Positions 19,949 to 30,902 of a stretch of DNA of 64,000 nt are shown piece by piece. The position numbers and the translations under genes were made by a program. The notes under the pieces were generated by a model, which worked only from the letters and a program-made list of their open reading frames with translations, did not search any database and was not told the origin of the DNA. The stretch's first letter is position 1; each line of letters begins with the position of its first letter. Source of the DNA: Methylomonas sp. Its GTDB lineage: Bacteria > Pseudomonadota > Gammaproteobacteria > Methylococcales > Methylomonadaceae. The stretch covers positions 1,805 to 65,804 of the forward strand of contig PESC01000050.1 in the NCBI GenBank assembly GCA_002929135.1, read 5' to 3'.

Positions 19949-19986
19949 AAAAAGCGCGACTCTTTTTAGAGGACGCGCTTTTTTTT
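19949..19986. terminator. Bidirectional intrinsic terminator between coxC and pnp
   Basis: A tract, gcgcg..cgcgc stem, T tract. Confidence 0.75.
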
Positions 19987-20188
19987 GTCAGTTTGACGGT
20001 ATTCAGGCTGGGTTTATTTTCCCCTTCGACCTCAGCCGACGGCTGGTACCTAGATTACTCAGGATTGAGGAGGGTTTTTAAGATGCCAAAGGAACGGCTA
20101 TTCAGTCTTGTTGGATGTGTTTCTGGAAGGGGCACGGGTTTCCGTGGGAAGGTTCTGCTAAGCGAGTAGCGAGCCTTCGAAAACCAGG

Positions 20189-20220
20189 TCGCATTCCCAC
20201 ACAGGCGTGCGGAAATGCGA
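20189..20220. repeat. Degenerate CCCACGC REP-like palindrome
   Basis: tcgcattcccacacaggcgtgcggaaatgcga. Confidence 0.55.
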
Positions 20221-20244
20221 TTTTCGAAGATATACGTAAGATTT

Positions 20245-22317
20245 TTATTCGACGTCTTTCATACTCAATCTTACACGGCCCTGGCGGTCGATCTCCAACA
20301 CCTTGACGCGCACGATGTCGCCTTCGGTCAATTTATCGCTGACTTTTTCCACACGCTCGTCAGAGATTTGCGAGATGTGCACCAAACCGTCTTTGCCGGG
20401 CAGAATGGTAACGAAAGCACCGAAGTCCATCAGGCGGGCGACTTTGCCTTCGTAGGTTTTACCGACTTCGACTTCGGCAGTGATTTCTTCGATCATGCGG
20501 CGAGCTTCTTCGCCAGCCGCTTTGTCGACAGAGGCAATGTTGACCACGCCGTCGTCTGTCAAATCGATGCTGGTGCCGGTTTGTTCGGTGATAGCTCGGA
20601 TGGTGACGCCGCCTTTGCCAATGACTTCGCGGATTTTGCTGGGGTCGATTTTGAACGAGATGATGCGTGGCGCGAAGTCGGACATCTGTTCCCGCGAGCT
20701 GGACAAGGCCTTGTTCATCTCGCCCAGAATGTGTAAACGCCCTTGTTTAGCCTGGTCGAGCGCGACTTTCATGATGTCGGGCGTGATGCCGTCGATCTTG
20801 ATGTCCATTTGCAAGGCGGTGATGCCATTTTCGGAACCGGCAACCTTGAAATCCATATCGCCTAGATGGTCTTCATCACCCAGGATGTCGGACAGGACGG
20901 CAAATTCGTCGCCCTCTTTAATCAAGCCCATGGCAATGCCGGCAACCGGTGCTTTCAACGGTACGCCAGCGTCCATCAATGCCAGGCTGCTGCCACAGAC
21001 CGATGCCATCGAGCTGGAGCCATTGGACTCGGTGATTTCCGATACCACACGAATGACGTAGGGGAATTCGCTGATGTTGGGTGTTACGGCCTGGATGCCA
21101 CGTTTGGCCAAGCGCCCGTGGCCGATTTCGCGGCGTTTAGGCGAGCCGGTACGTCCGGTTTCACCGACGCTGAATGGTGGGAAGTTGTAGTGGAACAGGA
21201 AGGTGTCTTTGTATTCGCCTGCCAGCGCGTCGATGATTTGCGCATCGCGCTCGGTGCCCAGTGTGGCAACGACCAAGGCTTGGGTTTCACCACGGGTGAA
21301 CAGGGCCGAGCCGTGCGTTCTGGGCAGTACACCCGTGCGGATGTTGATCGGGCGCACGGTGGTCAAGTCGCGACCGTCGATACGTATGCGATCGTTGAGG
21401 ATCGCACCACGGACGATGTTGTATTCCAGGGTTTCGATGAGGTTGCGGACATCACCCGCACTGTGTTGGTCATCAGCAGTCAGTTTTTCCACGACAGCGC
21501 GACGGATCGCACTCAGAGTATCCTGTCTGACCCGTTTTTCGGCGACTTGATACGCCGCTTTGATTTGACCTTCAGCCTCGGCGACGACGGCAGCTTTCAA
21601 GGTTTCGTTGTCGGCAGGTGGTGTCCAGGCTATAGGCGGCGTAGCGACTTCGGCAGCGAATGCATTGATGGCATTAATCGCGACCTGCATGTGCTCGTGG
21701 CCGAACAATACGGCGCCCAGCATGACATCTTCCGATAGCAGTTTGGCTTCCGACTCGACCATCAGTACCGCTTTCTGGGTGCCTGCAACGGCTAGGCGCA
21801 AATCCGATTCCTTTAACTGGGGCAGGGTAGGGTTCAGTACGTACTGACCATCGATGTAACCTACACAGGCGGCGCCCAATGGCCCGTTGAATGGCAGGCC
21901 GGAAATTGCCAGTGCGGCAGATGCGCCAATGATGGCGGGCACTTCGGTATCAATGTCCGGGTTCAACGACAAAACCGTGGCAATGATCTGGACTTCGTGG
22001 GTGTAGCCTTCAGGAAACAGTGGCCGGATGGGGCGGTCGATCAGGCGTGAGATCAGGGTTTCGTTTTCGCTCGGGCGGCCTTCGCGTTTGAAAAAACCGC
22101 CAGGGATTTTGCCCGCAGCAAAGGCTTTTTCCTGGTAGTCCACCGTCAACGGAAAAAAGTCGCCACCGCTGCTTTCTTTTTTGCCGACGACAGTGACCAG
22201 CAATGACGTGCCTTCGATGTCGATCATGACCGCGCCATTGGCCTGGCGGGCAATTTCGCCGGTTTCTAATGTGACGAGACGATCGCCGTACTGAAATTGT
22301 TTCCTAATAGGATTCAC
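20245..22317 (-). CDS. pnp: Polynucleotide phosphorylase
   Basis: [23 protein letters not shown]-type motif, [11 protein letters not shown] and S1 domains. Confidence 0.98.
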   Translation of the reverse strand: MNPIRKQFQYGDRLVTLETGEIARQANGAVMIDIEGTSLLVTVVGKKESSGGDFFPLTVDYQEKAFAAGKIPGGFFKREGRPSENETLISRLIDRPIRPLFPEGYTHEVQIIATVLSLNPDIDTEVPAIIGASAALAISGLPFNGPLGAACVGYIDGQYVLNPTLPQLKESDLRLAVAGTQKAVLMVESEAKLLSEDVMLGAVLFGHEHMQVAINAINAFAAEVATPPIAWTPPADNETLKAAVVAEAEGQIKAAYQVAEKRVRQDTLSAIRRAVVEKLTADDQHSAGDVRNLIETLEYNIVRGAILNDRIRIDGRDLTTVRPINIRTGVLPRTHGSALFTRGETQALVVATLGTERDAQIIDALAGEYKDTFLFHYNFPPFSVGETGRTGSPKRREIGHGRLAKRGIQAVTPNISEFPYVIRVVSEITESNGSSSMASVCGSSLALMDAGVPLKAPVAGIAMGLIKEGDEFAVLSDILGDEDHLGDMDFKVAGSENGITALQMDIKIDGITPDIMKVALDQAKQGRLHILGEMNKALSSSREQMSDFAPRIISFKIDPSKIREVIGKGGVTIRAITEQTGTSIDLTDDGVVNIASVDKAAGEEARRMIEEITAEVEVGKTYEGKVARLMDFGAFVTILPGKDGLVHISQISDERVEKVSDKLTEGDIVRVKVLEIDRQGRVRLSMKDVE

Positions 22318-22370
22318 TATGAGGTTCCTTTGGGTTTACTTGGGTTGTTTTGAAAATTTGCCCTAAAGCA

Positions 22371-22395
22371 GAAACGGCACATTTCGTGCCGTTTC
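22371..22395 (-). terminator. rpsO terminator / rpsO-pnp hairpin
   Basis: gaaacggcac-N5-gtgccgtttc perfect 10-bp stem. Confidence 0.7.
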
Positions 22396-22405
22396 CAAAA
22401 GCCGA

Positions 22406-22675
22406 CTACTTGCGAATGCCTAGGCGGTCGATCAGGGTGCGATAACGCGCAATGTCTTTGCCTTTCAGATAATCAAGCAGTTTTCGGCGTTGATTGACCA
22501 TGCGCAACAAACCGCGACGCGAATGATTGTCTTTTTTGTGGGCTGCGAAGTGAGGCGTCAGTTGATTGATGTTGGCAGTCAACAAAGCGACTTGAACTTC
22601 GGTGGAGCCGGTGTCTGAATCGGACAAACGGTATTCTTCGACGATGGTTTGTTTTTGTGCTGGAGTTAAAGCCAT
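22406..22675 (-). CDS. rpsO: 30S ribosomal protein S15
   Basis: [28 protein letters not shown]. Confidence 0.98.
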   Translation of the reverse strand: MALTPAQKQTIVEEYRLSDSDTGSTEVQVALLTANINQLTPHFAAHKKDNHSRRGLLRMVNQRRKLLDYLKGKDIARYRTLIDRLGIRK

Positions 22676-22785
22676 TTTTTAATCCCTATGGATGGAATGG
22701 ATGAATAAAAATAAAGCCATCGTGATGATGGCCGTTGTACAACGCTGCCGCTATAGGGTGCAGGAGCGTATGTTGCTCAAGAACA

Positions 22786-22908
22786 TGTTTTAAAAGCTGC
22801 TACGCAGCCGATTGCTGCGTTGCTCGAAATCCTCATGTACGTTCGTACACTCCGGTTTCTGCGCTCCGTGCGCCTTGCACTCGAACCGCACGCAACGCTT
22901 TTAAAACA
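22786..22908. repeat. 123-bp palindromic element with 12-bp terminal inverted repeats (RPE-like)
   Basis: tgttttaaaagc ... gcttttaaaaca; central tgtacg-tt-cgtaca hairpin. Confidence 0.75.
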
Positions 22909-22913
22909 CGTTA

Positions 22914-23837
22914 TTACTCTGACGATGCGTCATCCGCAGCCTTCAGGTTGAATAGTTTTTTCGGTGCCAGTTTACCATTTAACGATAGCTCACCCAACCC
23001 TAAAAAATGTTGGTGGCAGTAAATGCGAACCCGGCCCGTACCCGAAGCCTCGATCATAACCTGCTGACCTTGCTGGATTTTTAGTGCATCGCCGTTTCTG
23101 ACTTCGACGGCTGGCAGGTCGGCCAGTGGTGTATCGACGGCTATCATGAGTGCCAGGCGTTGCGCGTCACTCATGGCCTTTAACTGCTCCATTGTATGGG
23201 CGTGTTCGATGCTGAACAGACCCGCGCTAATCCGTCGTAAGGCGGTCACGGTGGCGCAGCTTCCCAGTGCATGACCGATGTCTTCCGCCAGGGAGCGAAT
23301 GTAGGTGCCTTTCGAGCAGGCAACGTCCAGAGTAATGTCTGCACCGGAAAATCCAAGTAATTCGATGTGGTCGATTCTGACCTGACGTGCAGCGCGGTCT
23401 ATGGTTTTGCCTTCGCGAGCCAGTTCATACAGTTTACGGCCCTGAAATTTCAGTGCCGAATACATTGGCGGCACCTGCAAAATGTCTCCCGTGAACTGTG
23501 ACAGACAGTGTTGCAGGCTTGCCTGGTCGAATTCGGGAACCATCATGGTCTTGATGACCTGGCCCTCGGCGTCACCGGTATCGGTCATGATGCCCAGACG
23601 AAATGTTACCTGGTAACGCTTGTCGTCATCCAGCATCAGGCCTGACACTTTGGTTGCTTCGCCGAAACATAGAGGCAAAAGGCCGGTTGCCAAGGGATCA
23701 AGCGCACCGGTGTGACCAGCCTTGTTGGCATTGAACAGGCGGCGTACTGCCTGCAAGGCCTGATTGGACGAAACGCCCTGGCCTTTATCGAGCAGCACGA
23801 TGCCATCCACATCGCGCCCTGACTTAGATTTTGCCAT
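22914..23837 (-). CDS. truB: tRNA pseudouridine 55 synthase
   Basis: KAGHTGALDPLATG, YSALK, CSKGTYIRSL. Confidence 0.97.
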   Translation of the reverse strand: MAKSKSGRDVDGIVLLDKGQGVSSNQALQAVRRLFNANKAGHTGALDPLATGLLPLCFGEATKVSGLMLDDDKRYQVTFRLGIMTDTGDAEGQVIKTMMVPEFDQASLQHCLSQFTGDILQVPPMYSALKFQGRKLYELAREGKTIDRAARQVRIDHIELLGFSGADITLDVACSKGTYIRSLAEDIGHALGSCATVTALRRISAGLFSIEHAHTMEQLKAMSDAQRLALMIAVDTPLADLPAVEVRNGDALKIQQGQQVMIEASGTGRVRIYCHQHFLGLGELSLNGKLAPKKLFNLKAADDASSE

Positions 23838-23849
23838 CAATTGCTACCA

Positions 23850-24215
23850 TCAATCGTCCTGTTGGGTTTTGTGGATGTCTTGCAACAAGGCTTCGACCCG
23901 CATACCGTTATCCAGGGAATGGTCGTACAGAAAATGCAGTTCCGAAATATGGCGCAAACGCATGCGTTTGGCGAGTTCGTGGCGAATGAAAGGCGCCATG
24001 TCGTTCAATATGCCGACATGGGCCTGTTTGCTGGCATCGTCGCCGTTCAGCACGGTGAAATAGACTTTGGCGATGGCGAGATCGCGCGTCAGCTCGACGT
24101 CGTTGATGGTCACGAAGCCCAGACGGGCATCGTGAACGTCGCGTTGCAGAATGGCGGCCAACTCCTTTTGCATTTCCGACGCCACGCGCTGGCTACGCCC
24201 GAACTCACGCGCCAT
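23850..24215 (-). CDS. rbfA: Ribosome-binding factor A
   Basis: RSQRVASE, DLAIAKVY, LRHISELHF. Confidence 0.96.
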   Translation of the reverse strand: MAREFGRSQRVASEMQKELAAILQRDVHDARLGFVTINDVELTRDLAIAKVYFTVLNGDDASKQAHVGILNDMAPFIRHELAKRMRLRHISELHFLYDHSLDNGMRVEALLQDIHKTQQDD

Positions 24216-24217
24216 GG

Positions 24218-26878
24218 TCAGATTTCCCGCTTGACTTCGATGCGTTCGAAGACTTCGATCTGGTCACCGGTCTTGACGTCGTTGTAGTTCTTGACGCCGA
24301 TGCCGCACTCCATACCCATCTTGACTTCGTTGACATCATCTTTGAAGCGGCGCAGCGATTCGAGCTGACCTTCAAAAATGACGACGTTGTTACGCAGCAC
24401 ACGAATGGGCAGGTTGCGCTTGACGAAGCCGTCGATGACCATACAACCGGCGATGGCGCCGAACTTCGGTGAACGGAACACATCGCGCACCTCGGCCAGA
24501 CCGACGATTTTTTCCTGGATGTCGGGAGCCAGCATGCCGCTGATCGCGCGTTTCACCTCATCGATGGCCTCGTAAATGATGCTGTAGTAGTGCAGGTCGA
24601 TGTCTTTTTCTTCGATCAGCTTGCGGGCGACCGCATCGGCGCGGACGTTGAAGCCGATCAGAATCGCGCTGGATGCCAGCGCCAGGTTGGCATCGCCTTC
24701 GTTGATGCCGCCGACACCACCGTAAATACATTTGACCTGAACTTCGTCGGTCGACAGGTTCACCAGCGATTCGCGCAGGGCTTCGAGGCTGCCTTGTACG
24801 TCGGTTTTGATGACGACATTCAATGTCGAGGTTTCACCGGCTGTCATGCGTGAGAACACATCGTCCAGTTTCGATGCACCCATGGCAGCATGACGGCTGG
24901 ATTTTTTGCGATCCTCACGGTGGGCCGCCAGTTCACGGGCCACGCGCTCGTTTTGTACGACGAGGAATTCGTCACCCGCATTCGGTGTGCCGGACAGGCC
25001 GAGAATCTCGACCGGCGTACTGGGGCCTGCCAGTTTGATTGAGTGGGCATTTTCGTCGAACATGGCGCGAATGCGACCGTATTCATGACCGCAAAGTACG
25101 AAATCACCTTTGTTGAGGCTACCTTTTTGTACCAGTATCGTGGCCACGGCGCCCCGGCCTTTGTCCAGTCGTGATTCGATACAGACGCCCTGCGCCGTAC
25201 CGTCTTTCGGCGCTTTCAGTTCCAGAACCTCGGCCAGTACGATCAGGGCTTCGATCAGATCATCGATACCTGTGCCGGTTTTCGCCGATACTTTCAAAAA
25301 CTGCACGTCGCCACCCCATTCTTCGGGCACGACATTCAGTGTGGCCAGTTCCTGCATGACGCGATCAGGGTTGGCTTCCGGCTTGTCGATTTTATTCAGC
25401 GCGACGATCATCGGCACGTTGGCGGCACGGGCGTGCTCTATCGCCTCTTTGGTTTGCGGCATCACACCGTCATCGGCAGCGACGACGACGATGACGATGT
25501 CGGTGACTTCGGCGCCGCGTGCCCGCATGGCGGTAAAGGCGGCGTGACCCGGTGTGTCGAGGAAGGTGACGGAGCCGTGATCGGTTTTGACCTGGTAGGC
25601 GCCAATGTGCTGGGTAATGCCGCCCGCTTCGCCAGCGGCGACCCGGGTTTTGCGGATGTAGTCCAGCAGCGATGTCTTGCCGTGGTCAACGTGGCCCATG
25701 ATGGTGACGATGGGTGCGCGCGCCAGCAGTTTGCGCTGATCGGCTTCGCCAAGCGCTTCGGCCAGCATTTCCTGTTCGAAGTCGTCCTCGCTTTGCATGA
25801 TGGGAGTGTGCCCCATTTCTTCGACCAGAATCACCGCCGTTTCCTGATCGATCGGCTGGTTGATGGTGGTCATGATGCCGAGTTTCATCAATTGTTTGAT
25901 GACTTCGGCTGCCTTGACGTTCATCTTGGCCGCCAGATCGGACACCACGATGGTTTCAGGGATGGTGACATCCATCTTTGTCGGCAGCGCAGGTTTTTCG
26001 AACTTGTGACGGGCTTGCAATTCGATTTCGAATTCCGGTTTTTCCCGGCGCGATGCCTGTTTCTTTTTGCCTTTGCCGGGTGGTGGGCCGCTGCGGCGGG
26101 CGCCATCGCCTGCGTCGGCGCCTGCGGTCGGCGCAGCCGGACGACTGGGTTTGAATTCCGGTTTTTTCTTGTGCAAGGTTTGCTGTTTGGCGGCTGCGGC
26201 CTGGCGGACTTTTTCCGCGTTTTTTTCGACCGCAGCTTCCAGTCGACGTTTTTTCTCTATTTCTTCCAGTTGCTCCGCAGTCAGTTCCGGGGCTTCAGGC
26301 TTGGATGGTTCCTGTTTGGCAACCGTTTCAGTCTGTACATCCGCCGGTGTTTTTGCTGCGCGCTCGGGTTCCGGGGTTGTATCTGCAAGCGGTTTGGCGG
26401 TGTCTGATTCGAAGGTTTTGCCGGATTCTTCGGTTTTAGTTTCTGCAGGTGGAAGGCTGGTTTCTGCTGTGACAACCTGTTTTTGACGGCTGGCTTCAAC
26501 GGCTTCCGCCGCTTGTTTGGCGCGTTCGGTTTCTTTCAACTCGTCGCTGCTCGGCGCTTCGCTACGTTTGATGTAGGTTTTTTGTTTGCGAACTTCGACA
26601 CTGACGGTTTTGGCAGCAGTGCCAGGTGCGGTTTGCACTTTCAGTTCCGTGCGAGTGCTGCGCTTCAGCGTAATGCGTTTCGGCGCGCCGATTTGCTGGT
26701 CGGTATCGGATTTTCCGTGCAGACGGCGAAGATGGGCCAGCAGCTTGCCTTTTTCGTCTTCGGTGATGATGTCGTCGGGATGCCGGGCGTCGAGACCGGC
26801 GTCTTTCAATTGTTCCAGAAACCGGTCGAGTGGCGTGTTGACGGCACTGGCTAATTCCTTGACTGTTTTATCGCTCAT
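24218..26878 (-). CDS. infB: Translation initiation factor 2
   Basis: [29 protein letters not shown]. Confidence 0.98.
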   Translation of the reverse strand: MSDKTVKELASAVNTPLDRFLEQLKDAGLDARHPDDIITEDEKGKLLAHLRRLHGKSDTDQQIGAPKRITLKRSTRTELKVQTAPGTAAKTVSVEVRKQKTYIKRSEAPSSDELKETERAKQAAEAVEASRQKQVVTAETSLPPAETKTEESGKTFESDTAKPLADTTPEPERAAKTPADVQTETVAKQEPSKPEAPELTAEQLEEIEKKRRLEAAVEKNAEKVRQAAAAKQQTLHKKKPEFKPSRPAAPTAGADAGDGARRSGPPPGKGKKKQASRREKPEFEIELQARHKFEKPALPTKMDVTIPETIVVSDLAAKMNVKAAEVIKQLMKLGIMTTINQPIDQETAVILVEEMGHTPIMQSEDDFEQEMLAEALGEADQRKLLARAPIVTIMGHVDHGKTSLLDYIRKTRVAAGEAGGITQHIGAYQVKTDHGSVTFLDTPGHAAFTAMRARGAEVTDIVIVVVAADDGVMPQTKEAIEHARAANVPMIVALNKIDKPEANPDRVMQELATLNVVPEEWGGDVQFLKVSAKTGTGIDDLIEALIVLAEVLELKAPKDGTAQGVCIESRLDKGRGAVATILVQKGSLNKGDFVLCGHEYGRIRAMFDENAHSIKLAGPSTPVEILGLSGTPNAGDEFLVVQNERVARELAAHREDRKKSSRHAAMGASKLDDVFSRMTAGETSTLNVVIKTDVQGSLEALRESLVNLSTDEVQVKCIYGGVGGINEGDANLALASSAILIGFNVRADAVARKLIEEKDIDLHYYSIIYEAIDEVKRAISGMLAPDIQEKIVGLAEVRDVFRSPKFGAIAGCMVIDGFVKRNLPIRVLRNNVVIFEGQLESLRRFKDDVNEVKMGMECGIGVKNYNDVKTGDQIEVFERIEVKREI

Positions 26879-26892
26879 TTCGTCCTCCTGTC

Positions 26893-28404
26893 TTAGCCCA
26901 TGTTCTCGGCGAACCAGGATTCGCGAGCTTTCATGATGAGTTTGCCGGCGCGTTCTTCGGTCATGCCGGTGAAACCGAGAATGTCGTCGATTGCCAGTTC
27001 GGCTAAATCGTCGCGGGTGACGATGCCTTTTGCCGCCATTTCGTGGGCGAGTTTGTCGTCCATGCCGTCCAGCGTTAGCAAGTCGTCGCTGGGTTGTGAG
27101 GTTTCGATTTGCTCTTCGGATGCAATGGCCTTGATTAACAGGGCGTCTTTGGCCCGGCTGCGCAAGGCTTCCACCAGTTCTTCGTCGAAACCTTCGATCT
27201 CCAGCATTTCATCGACCGGGATGTAGGCGATTTCCTCGATGTTGGTCAAGCCGACATCGACCAGAACATCAGCGATTTCTTCATCGACATCCAGTAATTC
27301 CATGAATTCTTTTCTGGCTTTGGCGGTGATTTCGTCCTGATTTTTATCGACTTTCGAGGCATCGAGAATGTTGAGTTCCCAGCCGGTCAGTTCCGAGGCC
27401 AGACGCACGTTCTGGCCGCCGCGACCGATGGCTTGCGACAGGCTGTCGGTGGTGACGGCAACATCCATGCTGTGCTTGTCTTCATCGACCACGATGGACT
27501 GTATCTCGGCCGGTGACATGGCGTTGATGACGAATTGCGCTTCGTTGGGATTCCAAAGAATGATGTCGACGCGCTCGCCGGCCAGTTCGTTGGAGATGGC
27601 TTGTACGCGCGAGCCGCGCATGCCGACGCAGGCACCGACCGGGTCGAGGCGCGGGTCGTTGGTCTTGACGGCAATTTTGGCGCGCGAGCCAGGGTCGCGT
27701 GCGGCACCCATGATGCCGACCATGCCTTCGCCCACTTCGGGTACTTCCAGGCGAAACAGGGCGATCAGCAATTCCGCCGCGGTGCGGCTGACAAACAATT
27801 GCGGGCCGCGTGGTTCGGAGCGAACGGCTTTCAGGTAGCCGCGTACACGGTCGCCCATGCGAACCGGTTCTTTCGGGATCATGTCCTCGCGGGCAATGTA
27901 GGCTTCGACATGGCCACCCAAGTCCAGGTAGACGCTGCCTTTTTCGATGCGTTTGACGATGCCGGTGACGAGTTCGCCGACGCGATCCTGGTAGGCTTCG
28001 ACGATTTTACGGCGCTCGGCTTCGCGTACTTTCTGGATGATGACTTGTTTCGCGGTTTGTGCGGCAATGCGGCAAAATTCGACCGATTCGATTTCTTCCT
28101 CGGCGAAGTCGCCGACCTGCGCGTCGGGGTTGTCGATGTGCGCCACTTCCAGCAGTATTTGCCAGCTTGGGTGTTCGACATCGCCGTTGATGTCGGGGTT
28201 GGCGTCCACGATGAGCCAGCGGCGATAGGTTGTGTATTCGCCGGTTTGACGGTTGATGGCGACGCGGGCTTTGATAGGATTATCGTAACGTTTGATGGTC
28301 GCCGCTTCCAGGGCGGATTCGATGGCCTGAAAAATAATTTCTTTACTGATGTCTTTTTCGTTGGCAAAAACATCAGCAACCAACAGAATTTCTTTATTTG
28401 CCAT
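26893..28404 (-). CDS. nusA: Transcription factor NusA
   Basis: [34 protein letters not shown], duplicated acidic C-terminal domains. Confidence 0.98.
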   Translation of the reverse strand: MANKEILLVADVFANEKDISKEIIFQAIESALEAATIKRYDNPIKARVAINRQTGEYTTYRRWLIVDANPDINGDVEHPSWQILLEVAHIDNPDAQVGDFAEEEIESVEFCRIAAQTAKQVIIQKVREAERRKIVEAYQDRVGELVTGIVKRIEKGSVYLDLGGHVEAYIAREDMIPKEPVRMGDRVRGYLKAVRSEPRGPQLFVSRTAAELLIALFRLEVPEVGEGMVGIMGAARDPGSRAKIAVKTNDPRLDPVGACVGMRGSRVQAISNELAGERVDIILWNPNEAQFVINAMSPAEIQSIVVDEDKHSMDVAVTTDSLSQAIGRGGQNVRLASELTGWELNILDASKVDKNQDEITAKARKEFMELLDVDEEIADVLVDVGLTNIEEIAYIPVDEMLEIEGFDEELVEALRSRAKDALLIKAIASEEQIETSQPSDDLLTLDGMDDKLAHEMAAKGIVTRDDLAELAIDDILGFTGMTEERAGKLIMKARESWFAENMG

Positions 28405-28879
28405 TGCGTCCTCCTTTTTTGATTTGATAGTCCGGCACCAGTCGAGCCTTGCTCATGGATTGAAACGGTACTTTGACGGTTTGTTCGGCGTCTTGCAGAA
28501 CGATGGCATTGTCTTCGATTGCCTGAATGACACCGACGATTTTGCGGCGTTTTTCAATGGGCTTGAACAGGCTGATGTTGACGGTGTTGCCAATGAATCG
28601 CTGGAATTGACTGAGCTTGAAGAAGGGTCTGTCTTCACCGGGTGAGGAGATTTCCAGTTGGTATTCGCCTTGTATCGGGTCTTCGACGTCGAGTACGCCG
28701 CTGATTTGATGACTGACTTTGGTGCAGTCATCCAGCAAAATGCCATTAGGGCTGTCGATGTAGATGCGCAGCATGCCATGCTGTGGGTGCGGGTTGTATT
28801 CGATGCCGACGCATTCGTAGCCGAGTCCTTCGACCAGGGGTTCGATCAAGTTCACCAGATGCTCTGGAGCCTGTTTCAT
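28394..28879 (-). CDS. rimP: Ribosome maturation factor RimP
   Basis: LRIYID, LDDC..VS, YQLEISSPGEDR; ATG start chosen at 28879. Confidence 0.95.
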   Translation of the reverse strand: MKQAPEHLVNLIEPLVEGLGYECVGIEYNPHPQHGMLRIYIDSPNGILLDDCTKVSHQISGVLDVEDPIQGEYQLEISSPGEDRPFFKLSQFQRFIGNTVNISLFKPIEKRRKIVGVIQAIEDNAIVLQDAEQTVKVPFQSMSKARLVPDYQIKKGGRNGK

Positions 28880-28904
28880 GTTTTGTGTTCGCCTTACTTC
28901 AAAC

Positions 28905-28928
28905 AAAAAAAAAGAGCCTCAGGCTCTT
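28905..28928 (-). terminator. Terminator in the rimP leader
   Basis: Minus strand aagagcc-tga-ggctctt followed by a long T run. Confidence 0.7.
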
Positions 28929-28970
28929 CCATAAACAACCTAAAAATATCCCACGCCTGATAAATCCCAT

Positions 28971-29000
28971 AAAACAAAAAACCCCATGAATGGGGCTGTT
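28971..29000 (-). terminator. Terminator after tRNA-Phe
   Basis: Minus strand gcccca-ttca-tggggt followed by T tracts. Confidence 0.7.
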
Positions 29001-29018
29001 TGACACACCGGACAAGCA

Positions 29019-29094
<76 letters not shown>

Positions 29095-29135
29095 GTTCAA
29101 AACTTTTCGATAACCTGGCGGCTAACGACTTGGGC

Positions 29136-29164
29136 ATTCTATCCAACGAATTGGGATTAGGCAA
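29136..29164 (-). promoter_or_regulatory. Sigma70 promoter for tRNA-Phe
   Basis: TTGCCT-N17-TAGAAT on the minus strand. Confidence 0.7.
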
Positions 29165-29280
29165 TCAGTTTTTCCCGTATTTTCTCGGAACTGTTGAATC
29201 GAGAGGGGTTTTTGTCGGCAGGAATGTGCAGCGTGCTGCAACAAGTTGCCCGGATTGCTCCGGGCAATGATGATTGGCGG

Positions 29281-30141
29281 CTATTTACAATCGAATTGTC
29301 GGGGCCAATCGCGGTAATTGAAGACCTGGCCTTCTTTGCGTACCTGGGCGACGGCGTTGAGATCGAGATCGGCGTACACCCATTGGGTCTTGTTGTAGTC
29401 GCCGATGGCCAGAATGCCATTGTTGGGGAATCCTCGGTCGACAGCTGTGTAAATCGCCGCTGCGCCGCAGTTGACGTCGACTGCTTCCGACCACTCGGCA
29501 TTGCCTACCAGGGATGCCTGTACGACATAGCACTGGTTTTCCAACGCCCGCGACTGGCAGCCAATGCGCACCCGGTAATAACCGGCTTCGGTGTCGGTGC
29601 AGCTTGGTACCAGAATCAGGGTGGCTCCGCGCTCGGCTTGCTGGCGGGCGTAGTGCGGAAATTCGCTGTCATAGCAGATGTTGATTGCCACCTTGCCGAA
29701 TGCCGTGTCGAAAACCTTGATATCGAAGCCCCGGGAAATATGCCATTGCTCGTTTTCGAAGCGGGTCATGGTCAGCTTTTCCTGGTAATCGATATCGCCT
29801 TGCGGTGTGAAGAAGTAGGCGTGATTGCGGAATTCGCCGCTGCCGTGCTTGACCGGGTAGGTTCCGGCCTGGATGTAAACCTGATGCATCATTGCCAGCG
29901 ACTTGAATAAATCGAGGTACCGCGGCAGCAGGGTTTGCAGGGCGTCCAGTTGGCCGGACAGGGACGAGTAAACAGTTTTGGGAAACAGGGATGCCAGTTC
30001 CATGCAGGCGTATTCTGGAAATAGCAGGATGTCGGCCTTGTTGTTGGTGGCTTCTTCGGTCCATTGGCGAGTTTTGGTTTCGAAGTTTTCCCAGGTTTCC
30101 AGGAAGCTGACGTCGTATTGAGCGCTGGCAATTCTAGGCAT
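29281..30141 (-). CDS. Carbon-nitrogen hydrolase (nitrilase family)
   Basis: Catalytic triad motifs FPEY, QEKL, ICYD; RALENQCYV. Confidence 0.92.
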   Translation of the reverse strand: MPRIASAQYDVSFLETWENFETKTRQWTEEATNNKADILLFPEYACMELASLFPKTVYSSLSGQLDALQTLLPRYLDLFKSLAMMHQVYIQAGTYPVKHGSGEFRNHAYFFTPQGDIDYQEKLTMTRFENEQWHISRGFDIKVFDTAFGKVAINICYDSEFPHYARQQAERGATLILVPSCTDTEAGYYRVRIGCQSRALENQCYVVQASLVGNAEWSEAVDVNCGAAAIYTAVDRGFPNNGILAIGDYNKTQWVYADLDLNAVAQVRKEGQVFNYRDWPRQFDCK

Positions 30142-30739
30142 TGCTGTCCTCCTTCAGCCAGAACGTCATGGGTTTGGGCGTTTCTGCCTCGTCGTCCAGA
30201 TCTTTCCAGGTGTAAGTGGTTTTCAATTCCGGGTGCTTGACGTAGCCGCGTTTGCGCCAGAATGCATCCAGCGGCACGTAATCCGCTGGGCGGCGCGGGT
30301 GGTCGGCGGGGCGCTCGACGCAGCAGAAGGTGATATGTTGAAAGCCGCCCAGGTCTTCGGCGTGGGCTTCGCGTTGCTCGAAGAATTTCACGCCTATGCC
30401 TAAGCCGCGATAGTTCTTGTTCAGCACCGATTCACCGCAGTAGAACACTTGATCGGGATCGTATTTGCGTTCGATGAACGCTCTTTTGACGTCGTCGGTT
30501 TCGTATTTCAGTGGAATCGCCGTCGACGCACCGACGATTTTGTCGTCGTCGAATGCCAGCACGATCACGCTGTCCGGGCAATCGATATAGGTTTGCAAGT
30601 ATTTTTTCTCGTACTCGTAGTCGCCGTCATACAGGTAAGGAAAGTCACGAAATACTTCGATACGCAGGCGTGCCAGTTCAGGAATGTACTGAATCAGCGA
30701 TTCGCCGCTCAAACGTTGGATGCGGATGTCTTTGTTCAT
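30134..30739 (-). CDS. GNAT family N-acetyltransferase
   Basis: GESVL..YRGLGIG acetyl-CoA motif A; 8-nt overlap with the nitrilase gene. Confidence 0.88.
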   Translation of the reverse strand: MNKDIRIQRLSGESLIQYIPELARLRIEVFRDFPYLYDGDYEYEKKYLQTYIDCPDSVIVLAFDDDKIVGASTAIPLKYETDDVKRAFIERKYDPDQVFYCGESVLNKNYRGLGIGVKFFEQREAHAEDLGGFQHITFCCVERPADHPRRPADYVPLDAFWRKRGYVKHPELKTTYTWKDLDDEAETPKPMTFWLKEDSNA

Positions 30740-30845
30740 TTGAATGGTCTGCCAGAAAGAGGGATGTCAAGTGAGTTGTAACGAATAACCTGGGGTTATT
30801 GTATTTCAGGTCGGCCTAGATTGTCGGTGCTGTGCGGGATAAGCT

Positions 30846-30884
30846 GAGTGCTTTACTCTGAAATTAAATAAGACTAAAATAGTA
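30846..30884 (+). promoter_or_regulatory. IscR/Rrf2-type operator candidates
   Basis: GACTAAAATAGTA (30872-30884) matches the IscR type-1 core GACTRWWWYAGTC at 12/13; second palindrome GAGT-N5-ACTC at 30846-30858. Confidence 0.6.
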
Positions 30885-30902
30885 CCAATTCTGAGATCAT
30901 CC

